This document shows positions 1 to 13,439 of a stretch of 64,000 nt of DNA, one piece after another (positions within the stretch are counted from its first letter, which is position 1; every line of letters starts with the position of its first letter). Position numbers and translations under genes: made by a program. The notes below the pieces were generated by a model that had not been told where the DNA came from, made no database searches, and saw only the letters and a program-made list of their open reading frames with translations. The stretch is from the NCBI GenBank assembly GCA_964016885.1, contig OZ024746.1, positions 39,990,001-40,054,000 on the forward strand, given 5' to 3'. This stretch comes from Eledone cirrhosa. Lineage: Eukaryota.

Positions 1-228
1 GATTGTAATGATGGTAATGTTGGTGATGATGATGATGAGGAGGAGGAGGAGGAGGAGGAGGAGGAGGAGGAGGGCGAGGGCGAGGAGGAGGATAGTGATG
101 GTAATGATGGTGATGATGTTGATGATGATGTATGGTGGTGGTGGTGGTGGTGGTGGTGGCGATGTTGGTGATGTGGTGATAGTGATGACAGTGATGATTG
201 TAATGATGGTAACGATGGTGATGATGAC

Positions 229-263
<35 letters not shown>

Positions 264-734
264 CGTTGACGATGGTGATCGTGATGAAGTTGTTGATGAT
301 GATCGATATAATTTTAATGATGGTGGTTTTGGTGATGATGATGATGATGACGATGACGATGGCTATGATGACCGCGATGAAGTTGTTGTTCTTGACGACG
401 ACGACGACGACGACGACGACGGTATGCTATCCAGACGACATAACCTACGTCTTATGGTCTTTAAGTAGATGTAAAACATACCTCGTGCTTTTAAAAGTTT
501 CTATTCCAGGCAAAATGTCTGCTAAAAGGACTTGGAAGTAGAAAATGTATCCAGTAAGTCTTCCAAATATGAAGCCATTGAGAGTCTGGTAAAAGTGTGA
601 GCTGCTCCTATTGTTGTTGTTGTTGTTGTTAGTGGTGGTGGTGGTGATGGTGGTGATGGTGATGGCGGCGGTGGTGGTGGTGGCGGTGGTGGTAGTGCTG
701 GTGCTGGAAGGCGGACAAGAAAATAATCTGGAAC

Positions 735-813
<79 letters not shown>

Positions 814-819
814 TTGATG

Positions 820-864
<45 letters not shown>

Positions 865-870
865 TTAATG

Positions 871-935
<65 letters not shown>

Positions 936-1514
936 GGTGGTGGTGGTGGTGGTAGTAGTAGTAGTGGCGATAGTAATCATCATAATGATGATGGTAATAA
1001 TTGTTTCTACGTTAGGCACAAGACCAGAAATTACCCAGTGCATTACTGGTACTTTATTTTATCGACCCCGTAAGGATGAAAGGCAAAGTCAACCTCGGCG
1101 GGATTTGAACTCAGATCGTAAAGGGACGTAACTACGAGATGATGGTAATAATGATTTCTGATTTAGGCACAAGGGAAACAATTTTGGGGGAGGGGAAAAT
1201 TGATTCCGATACTGCCAATACACCGCCCTTTCCCTGCCTTAATAACAATTGCATTGTAGAGTGACTTATGTGTAGTAGTAGTAGTAGTAGTAGGTGGTGG
1301 TGGTGGTGGTGGTGGTGGTGGTGGTGGTATTGGCAGGGGTTTTGGTGGTGGTGGTGGTAGCAGTAGCAGTAGCAGCAGCAGTAGCAGTAGCAGCAGCAGC
1401 AGTAGTAGTAGTGGTGGTGGTGGTGGTGGTGGTGGTGGTGGTGGTGGTTTTGGTAATGGTGGTGGTAGCAACAGCAGCAGCAGTAGCAGCAGCAGCAGTA
1501 GCAGTAGCAGTACT

Positions 1515-1561
<47 letters not shown>

Positions 1562-1890
1562 TAATAGTAGTAGTAGTAGCAGCAGCAGCAGCAACATTAG
1601 TAGTAGCAGTAGTAGTAGTAGCAGCAGTAGTAGTAGTAGTAGCAGCAGCAGCAGCAGCAACATTAGTAGTAGCAGCAGTAGTAGTAGCAGCAGCAGTAGT
1701 AGTAGTAGTAGTAGCAGCAGCAGCAGCAACATTAGTAGTAGCAGCAGTAGTAGTAGTAGCAGCAGTAGTAGTAGTAGTAGTAGTAGCAGCAGCAGCAGCA
1801 ACATTAGTAGTAGCAGCAGTAGTAGTAGTAGCAGCAGCAGTAGTAGTAGTAGTAGCAGCAGCAGTAGCAGCAGCAGTAGTAGTAGGTGAT
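1..1890. repeat. Compound trinucleotide microsatellite field (GAT, GAG, GGT, TAG, CAG)
   Basis: Direct reading; overlapping ORFs are homopolymeric artefacts. Confidence 0.95.
996..1133 (-). mobile_element. tRNA-derived SINE (MetaSINE-like central domain), partial
   Basis: Minus strand GAGTTCAAATCCCGCCGAGGTTGACTTTGCCTTTCATCCTTACGGGGTCGATAAAATAAAGTACCAG with B-box; many copies in the window. Confidence 0.75.
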
Positions 1891-2611
1891 GGTTCTGATA
1901 ATGGCGGTGTATTGTAAAGATTAGTTACGGTGGACGTTTTCGTTCGGTCGATTAACGATTAGTGTTGCGAAGGGCTTGCTGGCTTTTTACTCTGATTTAT
2001 TGTTGCTGTAATTGTTATCGCCCTTTGCCGACAATTTTACTGTCGATCTTCTTGTTACATCTAGTATGTCAAAATAATCAATCTGCTTTGTTTAAGATAG
2101 GAATTTAGATCTTATCCTACCAAATACTATAAAATTGAAACTCGTTTTCCTTTCAGTTGTTTTAACATTTGTAATTGAACAACTTCGATAAAACAAAACA
2201 AGGTAAAACTATGTAAAACTATGTAAAACTATTTACATAAAATAAGATACAATATAAACTCAGAAGGTATGTTTTTGTTGTTCTTTTTATAGGTGTTTTT
2301 TGTTGTTTTTTGTTGTTGTTTTTTAATGACACAAAAGTATAAACGTTTTTCTTTTTCTTATCTTTTCGTTTTCTTTTAATGATCTTGAATTAATTTTTTT
2401 TTCTTCCTTTTTGTTTTTACAATATATTTGCTTGTCGTAAACGAGGTATAAATAGCTTGGACAGATAAAATGAAGAGACAAGTTAAAGAGGGTTATCGTA
2501 CGACAAATAAGAACGACAAATAGAGAAATAGATAGATAGATAGATAAATAGATAGAAAAAATAATTAAGCAAACCGGCAGGTAGATAAACGGATATTTCT
2601 ATCTATCTATT

Positions 2612-2719
<108 letters not shown>

Positions 2720-2980
2720 CGGCCTCAGTAGTGTACTTAAGTATAGTAAATAAAAAATGTTGAAAATTCGTACAGTTCCCTCGCCACGAAAGAAATTGTA
2801 CGATTCGCTACACTACACGCTCATAATATAGAAGATAGAGAGTATTCGAGAGTCGAAAAAAATGTATTCGAAAATTGGTCCGAGTTCGAATCTCATCCAT
2901 ATATATATAAAATCTCATATATATATATATAAAAGAATGGAAAACGAAAAATCAGTGATGCATCGGAACTCAATTTATTG

Positions 2981-3070
2981 CATGTTACAATTGTTTCCCC
3001 GGTGAACAGGTCGAGGTGCGATCTCTGCGTGGATCGGCCTGACTCTGGATTCACAGATTCCTCGGACACG
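2981..3070 (-). ncRNA. Type-I hammerhead ribozyme, long stem II, core variant CCGAGGA
   Basis: Stem I CGTGT/ACATG; CCGAGGA; stem II TCTG-TGAA..CAGGCCGA / TCGACCTG..TTCA-CGGG; GAAA CAATTG TA (palindromic stem III); inside a TA-flanked insert. Confidence 0.65.
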
Positions 3071-3142
3071 TCCATTGATTTCGGAGCATATCCTCTTTCT
3101 GAAAAAACATACCGCCTATGGAAGCATCTTAGCTACCATTAG

Positions 3143-3180
<38 letters not shown>

Positions 3181-3187
<7 letters not shown>

Positions 3188-3853
3188 TATGTACACGTAC
3201 ATACATATATGTATACAGACGTACAGTAGTATGTATATATACATACATACATGCACACATATATATATGTACGTATGGATTCACCGAACATTTATTATAA
3301 TGCTCGGTGTGTTTGTAAACAAACATCCCGTATTAAGCCGTACTGTACAGCAACCATCGTTGCTCGTTTGTTCAACACTGACAAAGGAACGCTGTACTAG
3401 TTTCAAGCTTATTAGCTATCGTCAGCAACGTATACCTTCCTGCCAGATTGTTGAACATATATACTTACCTTATGCATATTAACGGCTGAGTAGCCCAATT
3501 TGCATATCGAGTGGGTTAATCGGCCGGGTGCACCGAAAACGATAAACGGAAAAATGAAACGAAATTTAGTACAGCGAAATTTAGTACAGCGTTCCTTTGT
3601 CAGTGTTGAACAAACGAGCAACGATGGTTGCTGGACAGTACGGCTTAATACGGGATGTTTGCTTTCAAACACACCGAGCATTATAATAAATGTTCGGTGA
3701 ATCCATACGTACATATATATATGTGTGCATGTATGTATATATATATACATACTACTGTACGTCTGTATACATATATGTATGTACGTGTACATACTTATAT
3801 TTAAGTAACAGCCGTACTAAGAGTGGGAAATGAAATTTCGTTTCATTTTTTCC

Positions 3854-3860
<7 letters not shown>
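3181..3860. mobile_element. HHR-bearing Penelope-like/retrozyme element, family 1 (divergent inverted arms in (TA)n)
   Basis: About 3183-3400 is inverted relative to about 3580-3800; homologous to 13500-14550; TA tracts on both sides. Confidence 0.7.
3390..3430 (-). ncRNA. Minimal type-I hammerhead ribozyme (family 1)
   Basis: CGTTG CTGACGA TAGCT aata AGCTT GAAA CTAG TA CAGCG; canonical core, palindromic stem III ACTAGT. Confidence 0.9.
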
Positions 3861-3915
<55 letters not shown>

Positions 3916-3921
<6 letters not shown>

Positions 3922-4078
3922 GAATATAAAATAAATATAAACACAGATATAAACATATATGTGTTCAAATCGTAAGGGACCAGATTCGCTTGGGTGAAAA
4001 AATACTAACTATTAACAATATTGTTTGAACACATATATGTTTATATCTGTGTTTATATTTCTTTTATATTCAATTATA
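3916..4078. repeat. ~55-bp inverted repeat inside a TA-flanked insert
   Basis: ATAATTGAATATAAA..GTGTTCAAA versus TTTGAACAC..TTTATATTCAATTAT. Confidence 0.85.
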
Positions 4079-4152
4079 TTACACGGCTCAGAAAAACCTC
4101 TTTCTTTGAGCTATTGTAAGAGACTATTTTGAGTTTCTAACTCAATGTATAC

Positions 4153-4460
<308 letters not shown>

Positions 4461-5259
4461 TCCAAAAGTAACCTTAAAAGGCCCATCGAGTTTTGTTTGT
4501 ACCCTAAATACATTATATGAAGGCGGACCTGTCAACTCTCCCTGTTCAACGGGTTACACGATTTGAGGATTTTAGAGAATCTTTGGGGTGGGTGAAAGAT
4601 GTCTTTTGTGAAAATGGATATAACTTTCATTATGTAAAATCTCCCCATTTTGCCTTATTTCTCCTCGTTTGGAGGCACTTTTTTTTCATTGTACTCCCCG
4701 TTAGAGGTTGCAGGTCTGTGAAGACACATTTTGAAGCTGTGCCCCCCATGATCCACGTACGATGGGCAGGACGTGGTCATATCTGTGTTTATGTGTGAAT
4801 GTGGCACACTCTCTAAAAGAAAGTAGAGAGTTGTAATGAATCATAGCATCATCAATGTACACTTCATTAATTTCTAAATGCTGAAAAAGAAAATCGATGG
4901 AAAGGAAAGACATTCATACTTTCTTTACTAAGTTTATAAATCAATGTTTGTTTGTGTGAGCATGTGTGTGTCCGAGATAAAGAGCAAGGAAAAATATGTG
5001 TATATATACGTGTGTGTGTGTTAGTGTTTCTATCTGTAGTGGCATTGTTATCGACAGCAAACAGATGACCGGTTAAAGTTAAGCGGAGATTTATGACTTT
5101 CCCTTCATTTCTAACTTACGTTCAATCAAATAAATTCGTGATTTCTTTAGTCTATTTTCAGTTCTAACATTAAGCAGAAACAGTTCCAATTTCATGAAGT
5201 AGTTTAATCAATGACAGTTTATTGAATGTTGGAAGATGATGGTTTGAATGCTGTAAGAA

Positions 5260-5990
5260 TAGCGGTTTCTAATTTAGACACTCGCAGATGATGGCTTCAA
5301 TGCCGTAAGAATAGCGGTTTCTAATTTAGGACAATAATTGTGGGTAAGTAGAACGTCGATTATACCGACCTCAGTAGTTTACTGGTATTATATTTTATTA
5401 ATCCTGGAAGGATAAAAGGTAAAATTGACGTAAGTGGAATTTGAACTCAAGACGAAGAAAGTTGTAACTACTAATTACCGCGAGGATTTTTACCGATGAT
5501 CCATCGATACTGCCAATCCACAATCATCATGCCGTAAGAATTATCATTTCTAATTTCGGCACAAGGCCAACAATTTTCGAGATAAGTAGAAAATCAATTA
5601 TACCGACGCTAGTACTTCATTTTACCAACACCAGAAGGATGAAAGGCAAAGTTGACCTCGGTAGGATATGAAATCATAACATAAAGAGCCGTAACCAAAT
5701 ACGACGAAGAATTTTGTCCTACACTCTATTGATTCTGCCAATCTACCCTACTTGCTGTGGGAATAAAGGTTTCTGATTTAGGAACAAGGCCGGCAATTTA
5801 GGACCCCCCCCCCCACCCACCCCCCCACCCAGTGGGTGACTGGTATTTTATTTTATCGACCCCATAAGGATGAGAGGCAAAGCTAACCTCGATGGGATTT
5901 GAACACAGAACGTAAAGAGTCGTAACTCTATGCCGCGAAGCAGGGTGTCTGAGTCTCTACCGATACTGGCAATCTACTGCCCTTCTTGCT
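5260..5990 (-). mobile_element. Tandem array of about 4 diverged tRNA-SINE units (MetaSINE-like)
   Basis: Repeated GGATGAAAGGCAAAGTTGACCTCG..TTGAACTC..GATACTGCCAATC at roughly 190-230 bp spacing. Confidence 0.75.
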
Positions 5991-6393
5991 GTAGTAATAA
6001 TGAAAAACTATACGTGGCGGATTGGTAAGGTCTTTAGAACGTTGGATAGAATATTTAATATTATTATTTCCGGATCCCTGCACTTTGAGTTCAAATCTCA
6101 CCGAGGTCAAATTTGCTTTTCAACCTTTTCGACCTTAGACTGTAAGAAGTTAAGGACCAAAACACTTGCTTGAGGAGAGTTTTTTGTCTGAAGACCTACT
6201 GCAGTCCAGATCTTCTGAGAATTTCTTCCCATCGTATATATATATATATATATATATTAGAAAGTGAGGTTTTTTTACAAAATGAAAAATAACCGAGGTG
6301 TCCTACACGAGTGAAAGTATAAAGAAAAAAAGATGAAATCGAAAATGCAACTGGAGTCTTATTTTTTTTTTAAATATATATATTTATTTGGTT

Positions 6394-6431
6394 CCTTTAC
6401 CGGTTTCGCAGTTCTTCTGCTTTTCAAAAGG
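6394..6431 (-). ncRNA. Minimal hammerhead-like fold with variant core TTGAAAA
   Basis: CCTT TTGAAAA GCAG aagaa CTGC GAAA CCGG TA AAGG; in an insert between TA tracts. Confidence 0.65.
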
Positions 6432-6455
6432 TGAGTTGAGATGGAGGGTCTGTGG

Positions 6456-6542
<87 letters not shown>

Positions 6543-6624
6543 AGAGAGAGAGAGAGAGATGTGTATATAGTTGGTACACATTAAATTTAATTATGAAATT
6601 AGACAAACACTGTCATAACTTATA

Positions 6625-6741
<117 letters not shown>

Positions 6742-7284
6742 AGAAGTGCGCTAACAGCCGAAATGTGCGATAAAGTTATATATGTATAAATACAGAGTGG
6801 CTAACCGAGATTGTACCATCATGTATATAAATATACACATATCTAATATGTAGGTATGTAAACATACCAGAAAGTACGAATTTCCCTTTAGAATTTAAAA
6901 AAAAAATGATAAACACTTCTAATAGATTTTTTAACCAAATTGGGCCCTCATCAGAATGTGTGTATATCCTCCAAACAACCACAGGAAAACATACATTTGA
7001 TGGGTTTATATACCCATTCGGTCTTAGTATTATTCTGAAATGGGCGTACTAATTTGCATAAAATTGACGCTCGTGCTGGTAATTAATTAAGATATATATT
7101 GAGAAGTAAGCTAGCAGACAAGATGTACGATAAGGTTATATCTGTATAAATGCAGAGGGGATGATTCATATGAAAAGTAGTCACCCTGGAGCAGAAATAA
7201 CCATGATAATAGTCGATCCCTATAATTAATAATAGTTGAGAAAATCAGGTAAAATAATCCTGCAATCGGAAAAAGTGCACAGAG

Positions 7285-7367
7285 ACGTCATCGGGAAATC
7301 AAACCCAGTATCTCGGGTAACCCAGGATGTCGGGTGAGTTCGTGGCCGCTGGCCACTAATTCCGCCT
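7285..7367 (-). other. tRNA-like Pol III head (SINE remnant or tRNA pseudogene)
   Basis: Minus strand GGCGGAATTAGTGGCCAGCGG (A-box-like) .. GGGTTTGATTTCCC (B-box-like); cloverleaf not verified. Confidence 0.4.
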
Positions 7368-7693
7368 TTTTAGAAAAGCTTATGCGAGTATATATATATG
7401 TATGTGTGAGTGTGTGTGTATATGGACTGGTGTTTTAACCTACTGAGCTACATATATATATATTATTTAATTTATTAATTTTTCATTGAGCCACAAAATG
7501 ACCAGTTGCAAAACACGTATATGTATATATATGTATATATATATGTAAACTTTTATATATATACATATATGCCTATATACATATATATATATACACACAT
7601 ACACACAAACAATATATATATACATACACACAAACAATATATATATACATACATATGTATATATGTATACATATGTATATATATATACACATG

Positions 7694-7935
<242 letters not shown>

Positions 7936-8210
7936 ACAACTTCTGCAAATTATTTTCTGTTCATTTAGTTTCTCAATATATGATATGAGGTCTTGCGGGG
8001 TTAAGCTATTGATATGAGTACCTACTTGGTATGGTTGATATAAAAGGCCATAACACTTATATCCGGGTCGCCTTCATTTACTTACATAACTAATTGAACT
8101 TCTTCCTCAGATACGATATTTTTAGAAATTGAATCTTGTTCTCTCTCGTTTATACTCTTTCTCCCTCTCTCTCTTTCTCTCTCTCTCGCTCGCTCGCTTG
8201 CTCGCTCTCT

Positions 8211-8246
<36 letters not shown>

Positions 8247-8249
<3 letters not shown>

Positions 8250-8424
8250 AACCAGTAAGACCCCGACAGCTGAGCTCAAGCCGTTTCGACGGCTAATTAG
8301 CCGTCGAAACGGCTTGAGCTCAGCTGTCGGGGTCTTACTGGTTCCTATTACCCACTCTACTACCTCAAGTATTGAGTACTTTGGTGCGTTATAGTCCACC
8401 TGGTTCCTTACCACATTTCCTTCG

Positions 8425-8428
<4 letters not shown>
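8247..8428. mobile_element. TA-inserted family 2, perfect palindrome centred near 8296
   Basis: GGAACCAGTAAGACCCCGAC..GGCTAATTAGCC..GTCGGGGTCTTACTGGTTCC; (TA)n on both sides. Confidence 0.85.
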
Positions 8429-8487
<59 letters not shown>

Positions 8488-9132
8488 TCTTGTTCTCTCT
8501 CTCTCACTCTCTTGTTCTATCTCTTTCGTTCTCTCTCTGGCACACTCTCTCTCTCTCTCTCTCGTTCTTTATCTGTCTCTGTCACACTCTTTCTCTCTCA
8601 CTTCGTTTCTCAAGTTATCCTCTTTTATCTCTCTTTCTCTCTATATATTTCATTCTCTCCATGAATATGATCACTCAATAAAATAAAAAGCTCTCATTAC
8701 AGATATATATTCTCTAGATATTCTCTTTTACTTTTTAATGGTTTCAGACATTGTACTACGGCCAAGCTGCAGCTCCACCTTCAATGAATTTTAGTCGATC
8801 GTACCACGCCCAGATATTTATTCCAGTCTGGTACGTATTTGTAGGGTTTAAATTTCATGGTCACAAGTGCGCTTTATTTCTGTGAACAAGGTAGTTTGTC
8901 TCACGTAGCTCTGATCCACTCAATTGGAAAATGAGTACAAGAAACAGTTGAGGGTTAACCTTGCGTCGGACAAGTATACCGACCAAAGGAGAAACTGGGA
9001 TAAATTCCGACTTGATGAGACTTTAGACTCAAGAAATATTTTTTAAAACGTAGTTATTACCACTGCTACATACACACAGGCGCGCGCACACACACACACA
9101 CACACGCACACGCACACACACACGCACACACG

Positions 9133-9204
<72 letters not shown>

Positions 9205-9210
<6 letters not shown>

Positions 9211-9856
9211 CTGCACCTTCAGGATTCGGTAATCAGAAAAAGGGAGATAGGTGTAAAAGCCAAACTCGCTCTCTTCAATTCGGTATTCGTGCCAACTCTT
9301 ACCTATGGCCATGAATCTTGGGTAATGACCGAAAAAATGCGATCACGAATACAAACGAGTTCCTCGGACGGGTCTTTGGAGGAACGTTATTCGATAGAGT
9401 ACTAACTCGAAGATATGAGAGTCGCTCTAAATAAAGCCACTATTTCTCAGAACTGAGAGATCACAGCTCTGATACTGTGAACATGTGGTTAGAATGTCTC
9501 AGGAAAGAATTGCTGGACAGATTTTACGGGCAAACCCAACCGGCAGGAAACCCAGGGTTAGACCCCCGAGCAAGATGATGGTCTCGCTTGGGGATCCAGC
9601 TGGATCAATTTTAGACGGTTGCTTCTGACAGGACCCCCACGATTGTCTTAGGAATAAGTGGGCGAAGACCATTCGGAGGAACCCCATTTCGGCTGCTTTG
9701 TATTCTTGGTCGTATTCTTTCAGTCACTACCCATGATCCATGACCATAGATAAGGGTTGGCACGTATACCAAATTGAAAATAGCGCGTTTGGCTTTTACA
9801 CCTAACCCCACACCCTCCTTCTTCTGATGACCGAATGCTGAAGCTGGCGCATTACT
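9205..9856. mobile_element. Two degraded RTE-clade LINE 3' fragments in inverted orientation
   Basis: Peptides [33 protein letters not shown] (+) and KAKRAIFNLVYVPTLIYGHGSWVVTERIRPRIQ (-), typical of the RTE post-RT region. Confidence 0.75.
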
Positions 9857-10714
9857 AAAATAGTTGTCTGCTTACAATCAAAATAATACTTTAGTCTTTA
9901 CGTTGTGCAACAATAAAATGCTATAAATTTCCAGCGGATTTTATGTATTTTGCAAGCCTATTATTGATTAAGAAATATGAATTTGCGAAACCGGTCAAAA
10001 TGAAAATTCAGCTTGAATTTTTTTTATATATTTCTAGTTGGGGGGAAAAGGCTTTTCATGTATGTATGTATGTATGTATGTATGTATGTATGTATGTATG
10101 TACCTGCAACCCTGATGGTATCCAATGATGTTGACTTGTTCTTCTTTTTGGTAAATATCATCTTGGTTAAGAGAGTGGGACTGGCTTTGTGCAGTGCCTT
10201 TGCTCACTATAAAAGCTTCGCGGCACAGGCATTGCTTTATATCTGGAGATCTCTCTGCACTTGTCGTCACAGGGTACCATGGGACCAGCACTATGTGTCA
10301 ATAATTGCCACAAGTGTAGTGTTTGTACCAGAGTTTTCAAGTCGCTGGCTGGACTAAAAAGTCACACTCGTTCAGCGCATCGGTAGGGGTTCTCCTACAT
10401 GGATATAAAGTAGTGGCCGTACTCGAAAAAGAGTTGGCAGCCACCATGTATGTATGTATGTATGTCGGGTCACTCTTGAGTGGCACTGGTAACTTGTAAC
10501 CCAGTACAACCTGTCGCATGGTCGGGTCGTCGGCGATTAAACCGGCAACCCCATCTAGTTTGGAGGGTGACTTTGGACACCCTGCAGGACAACGGCCATC
10601 CAGAAATATGTAAATATGTATATATGTATGTATATATGTATATACTTGTATGTAAATGTATATATATGCGCGGGGATATAGAAATAATCATATGTATATA
10701 TGTGTGTGTGTTTT

Positions 10715-10934
<220 letters not shown>

Positions 10935-11114
10935 TATGCATACTTACATTTATGTATCAGCTGTGCTAAGACGAGAAATAAATTCTAATTTTATTTTTAA
11001 TATACGGCAAGGATAGCCGTAACTCGCTCGGTATGCAAATGAGGCTACTCAGCCTATGTGTACTAAAGAAAACACTATATATTTTCAACAGTTTAACAGA
11101 CTGGCAGAGGTATA

Positions 11115-11155
11115 CAGGCCTGGTGAAGGGTAATGACCCAGAAACATGTTGATTG
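11115..11155 (+). ncRNA. Minimal hammerhead, diverged family-1 relative (core CTGGTGA)
   Basis: CAGGC CTGGTGA AGGGT aatg ACCCA GAAA CATG TT GATTG; flanks homologous to 14200-14360. Confidence 0.7.
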
Positions 11156-11254
11156 TTCCTCAAAGCCAGTGTTGAACAAACAGTTGGCGATTGGTCTCCG
11201 GCACGGCACAGCTTCAAATCGGACCGTTTGTTTAGAAACGTATCGAACATTATT

Positions 11255-11355
11255 ATTAGAGTATTGGATTCACAATCGTGAGGTTGTGAGTTCGATTCCT
11301 GAACCAGGCGATGCGTTATGTCCTTGAGCAAGACACTTTATTTCACGTTGCTCCT
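11255..11355 (+). mobile_element. tRNA-derived SINE head with CORE-like domain
   Basis: GAGTTCGATTCC B-box followed by TGTCCTTGAGCAAGACACTT. Confidence 0.65.
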
Positions 11356-11557
11356 TCTACCTGGAGTTGCGACCGATAGATAGTATTAGCAATTGGAAAG
11401 ACCAACGGAAACATAGTTTCCTCGGTTCGATTTGACTAAAAGTCGATCGACTGGAAAATATATATATATATATATATACATATGAATATGTATGTATATA
11501 TATATATATACATATGTATATGTATATATATATATATATATATGTTATGTATGTGTG

Positions 11558-11597
<40 letters not shown>

Positions 11598-11689
11598 TAG
11601 AAGGGGTATTTAATTTGTGGGAAGTCCGACAAATATAAATGTTTATAACTGATTTAGAGCACTCAACAGTCTCTGGAGTAAATATTTGT

Positions 11690-11750
11690 ATTTTATCTGA
11701 GGAAAGCGTACCAAAATGTTTTGGTACCCTTGAAATATATATAATAAAAT
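11690..11750 (+). ncRNA. Minimal type-I hammerhead ribozyme (family 3)
   Basis: ATTTTAT CTGAGGA AAGCGTACCAAAA tg TTTTGGTACCCTT GAAA TATATA TA ATAAAAT. Confidence 0.85.
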
Positions 11751-11793
11751 AAATATGGTTTTATAAATATAGTTTCCATTTATTTAATATCAT

Positions 11794-11846
<53 letters not shown>

Positions 11847-11979
11847 GTGTAGATAAATCTACCAAAATATACGGTTGAGTCCAATCCGTATGAAGAACTC
11901 AATGTAATCCAAATATCATGAAAAGAGAAGATGTATTCAAAAATTTTTTCGATGAAAATCACAGGAAAACAGAGTCAAG

Positions 11980-12345
11980 ATAAATTAATAAAAACAATAA
12001 ATAAAAACAAAGAAACAGTTCCTTATATTAAAAAATTCATCATTTTACGATCGTTTCTAGGATATATATATGTGTGTGTTGGTATGTATATCATATAGAT
12101 CTATGTTAAAAAAATTTACAAACTATCAGAGGGAATATACATACCTGCACATATATATGCTGTCAGAAGACAGCATATATATGTGTAGGTATGTATATTC
12201 CCTCTGATAGTTTGTAAACATTTTTTACATAGATCTATATGATATACATACCAACACACACATATATATCCTAGAAACGATCGTAAAATGATGAATTTTT
12301 TAATATAAGGAACTGTTTCTTTGTTTTTATTCATTGTTTTTATTA

Positions 12346-12351
<6 letters not shown>
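11980..12351. repeat. ~185-bp-arm palindrome in a TA-flanked insert, with a 3' half HHR motif on each arm
   Basis: Loop GCTGTC agaa GACAGC near 12166; GAAACGATCGTA at 12274-12285 (+) and 12046-12057 (-). Confidence 0.8.
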
Positions 12352-12409
<58 letters not shown>

Positions 12410-12766
12410 CAGCAGATTAAGTGTAATTATGTATTGAGAGTCCATCTAAAATTATTGGTCTTTGCTTCTGAATTTTTTTTTTCTTCTTAAAATACATTAA
12501 GAATGTATTTTGTATACTTCCATATAGATCTAACTTTAAAATACGAAAAACATCATTTTTTGTTAAGAAAATACCGTCTCTTCTCTTGTAAAGATAACTG
12601 AACCTAATATATAATCACCTGAATATGTATATATGTGATGTAGAGTTGAAGAAATTAGAGAAGAGTTATTTCTTGTTATGGCTGAACTGCCGGATTGTAC
12701 ATGTCAAAAGTTGATCTTGTATACAAAAATTGGGTTACATGAGAATTTGTATGAATGGAATACTAT

Positions 12767-12848
<82 letters not shown>

Positions 12849-13371
12849 GTGTGTATGTGTGTGGCTATGTGTATGTTGTCTGTATATGTCTGTGTATGTC
12901 TCTGTGTGTACGTATGCGTGTATTTAAAGCTTGAGAAGGATTTGCTGAGTTGAATGTACCCATATCTCAACTAATTAGTGTTCGTAGAGGAAATAGTACT
13001 CTTCTCAAGTAGTGTTGGTCGAGTGACCCTTGGTGGCAATCTCACTCTTCAAACATCTTACGGCTAGCAATATTGGTCTTGAAGCTGACAGCTTAGAGTT
13101 AGCGTGGCAACCAGTAAGAAAGTTTCATATCGTATTAGCGAGTGGTGGAATATGAGAGTGTCACTCAAGCTACAACTGCAACTACCCACACCCAAAGTGC
13201 TGGGAGATTGGAGAGATGCTAGTATAATTAATGTGATACTTTTAGAGATGGATGTTAGAAATAATATGTATATTTCTGTGATGTGTATGTATGATGTATG
13301 TATATGTGCGGTTGCGCGTGTGAGTGTGTGCGTGTGATTCTATGATTTGAAAATATGCCTGTTTTGATGTG

Positions 13372-13439
<68 letters not shown>

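Noticed and set aside
8-1917. Long ORFs of poly-M/V/L/T/A
   Set aside because: Translations of trinucleotide microsatellites with no coding complexity
6880-6960. Minus-strand CTGATGA as a hammerhead
   Set aside because: No stem II/GAAA/stem I pairing could be built
8040-8120. Minus-strand CTGAGGA as a hammerhead
   Set aside because: No matching GAAA-stem III-UH or stem I partner found
9938-10001. GCAA..TTGC GAAACCGGTC AAAAT hammerhead-like 3' half
   Set aside because: The core CUGANGA is unrecognisable; possibly a dead relative but not supportable
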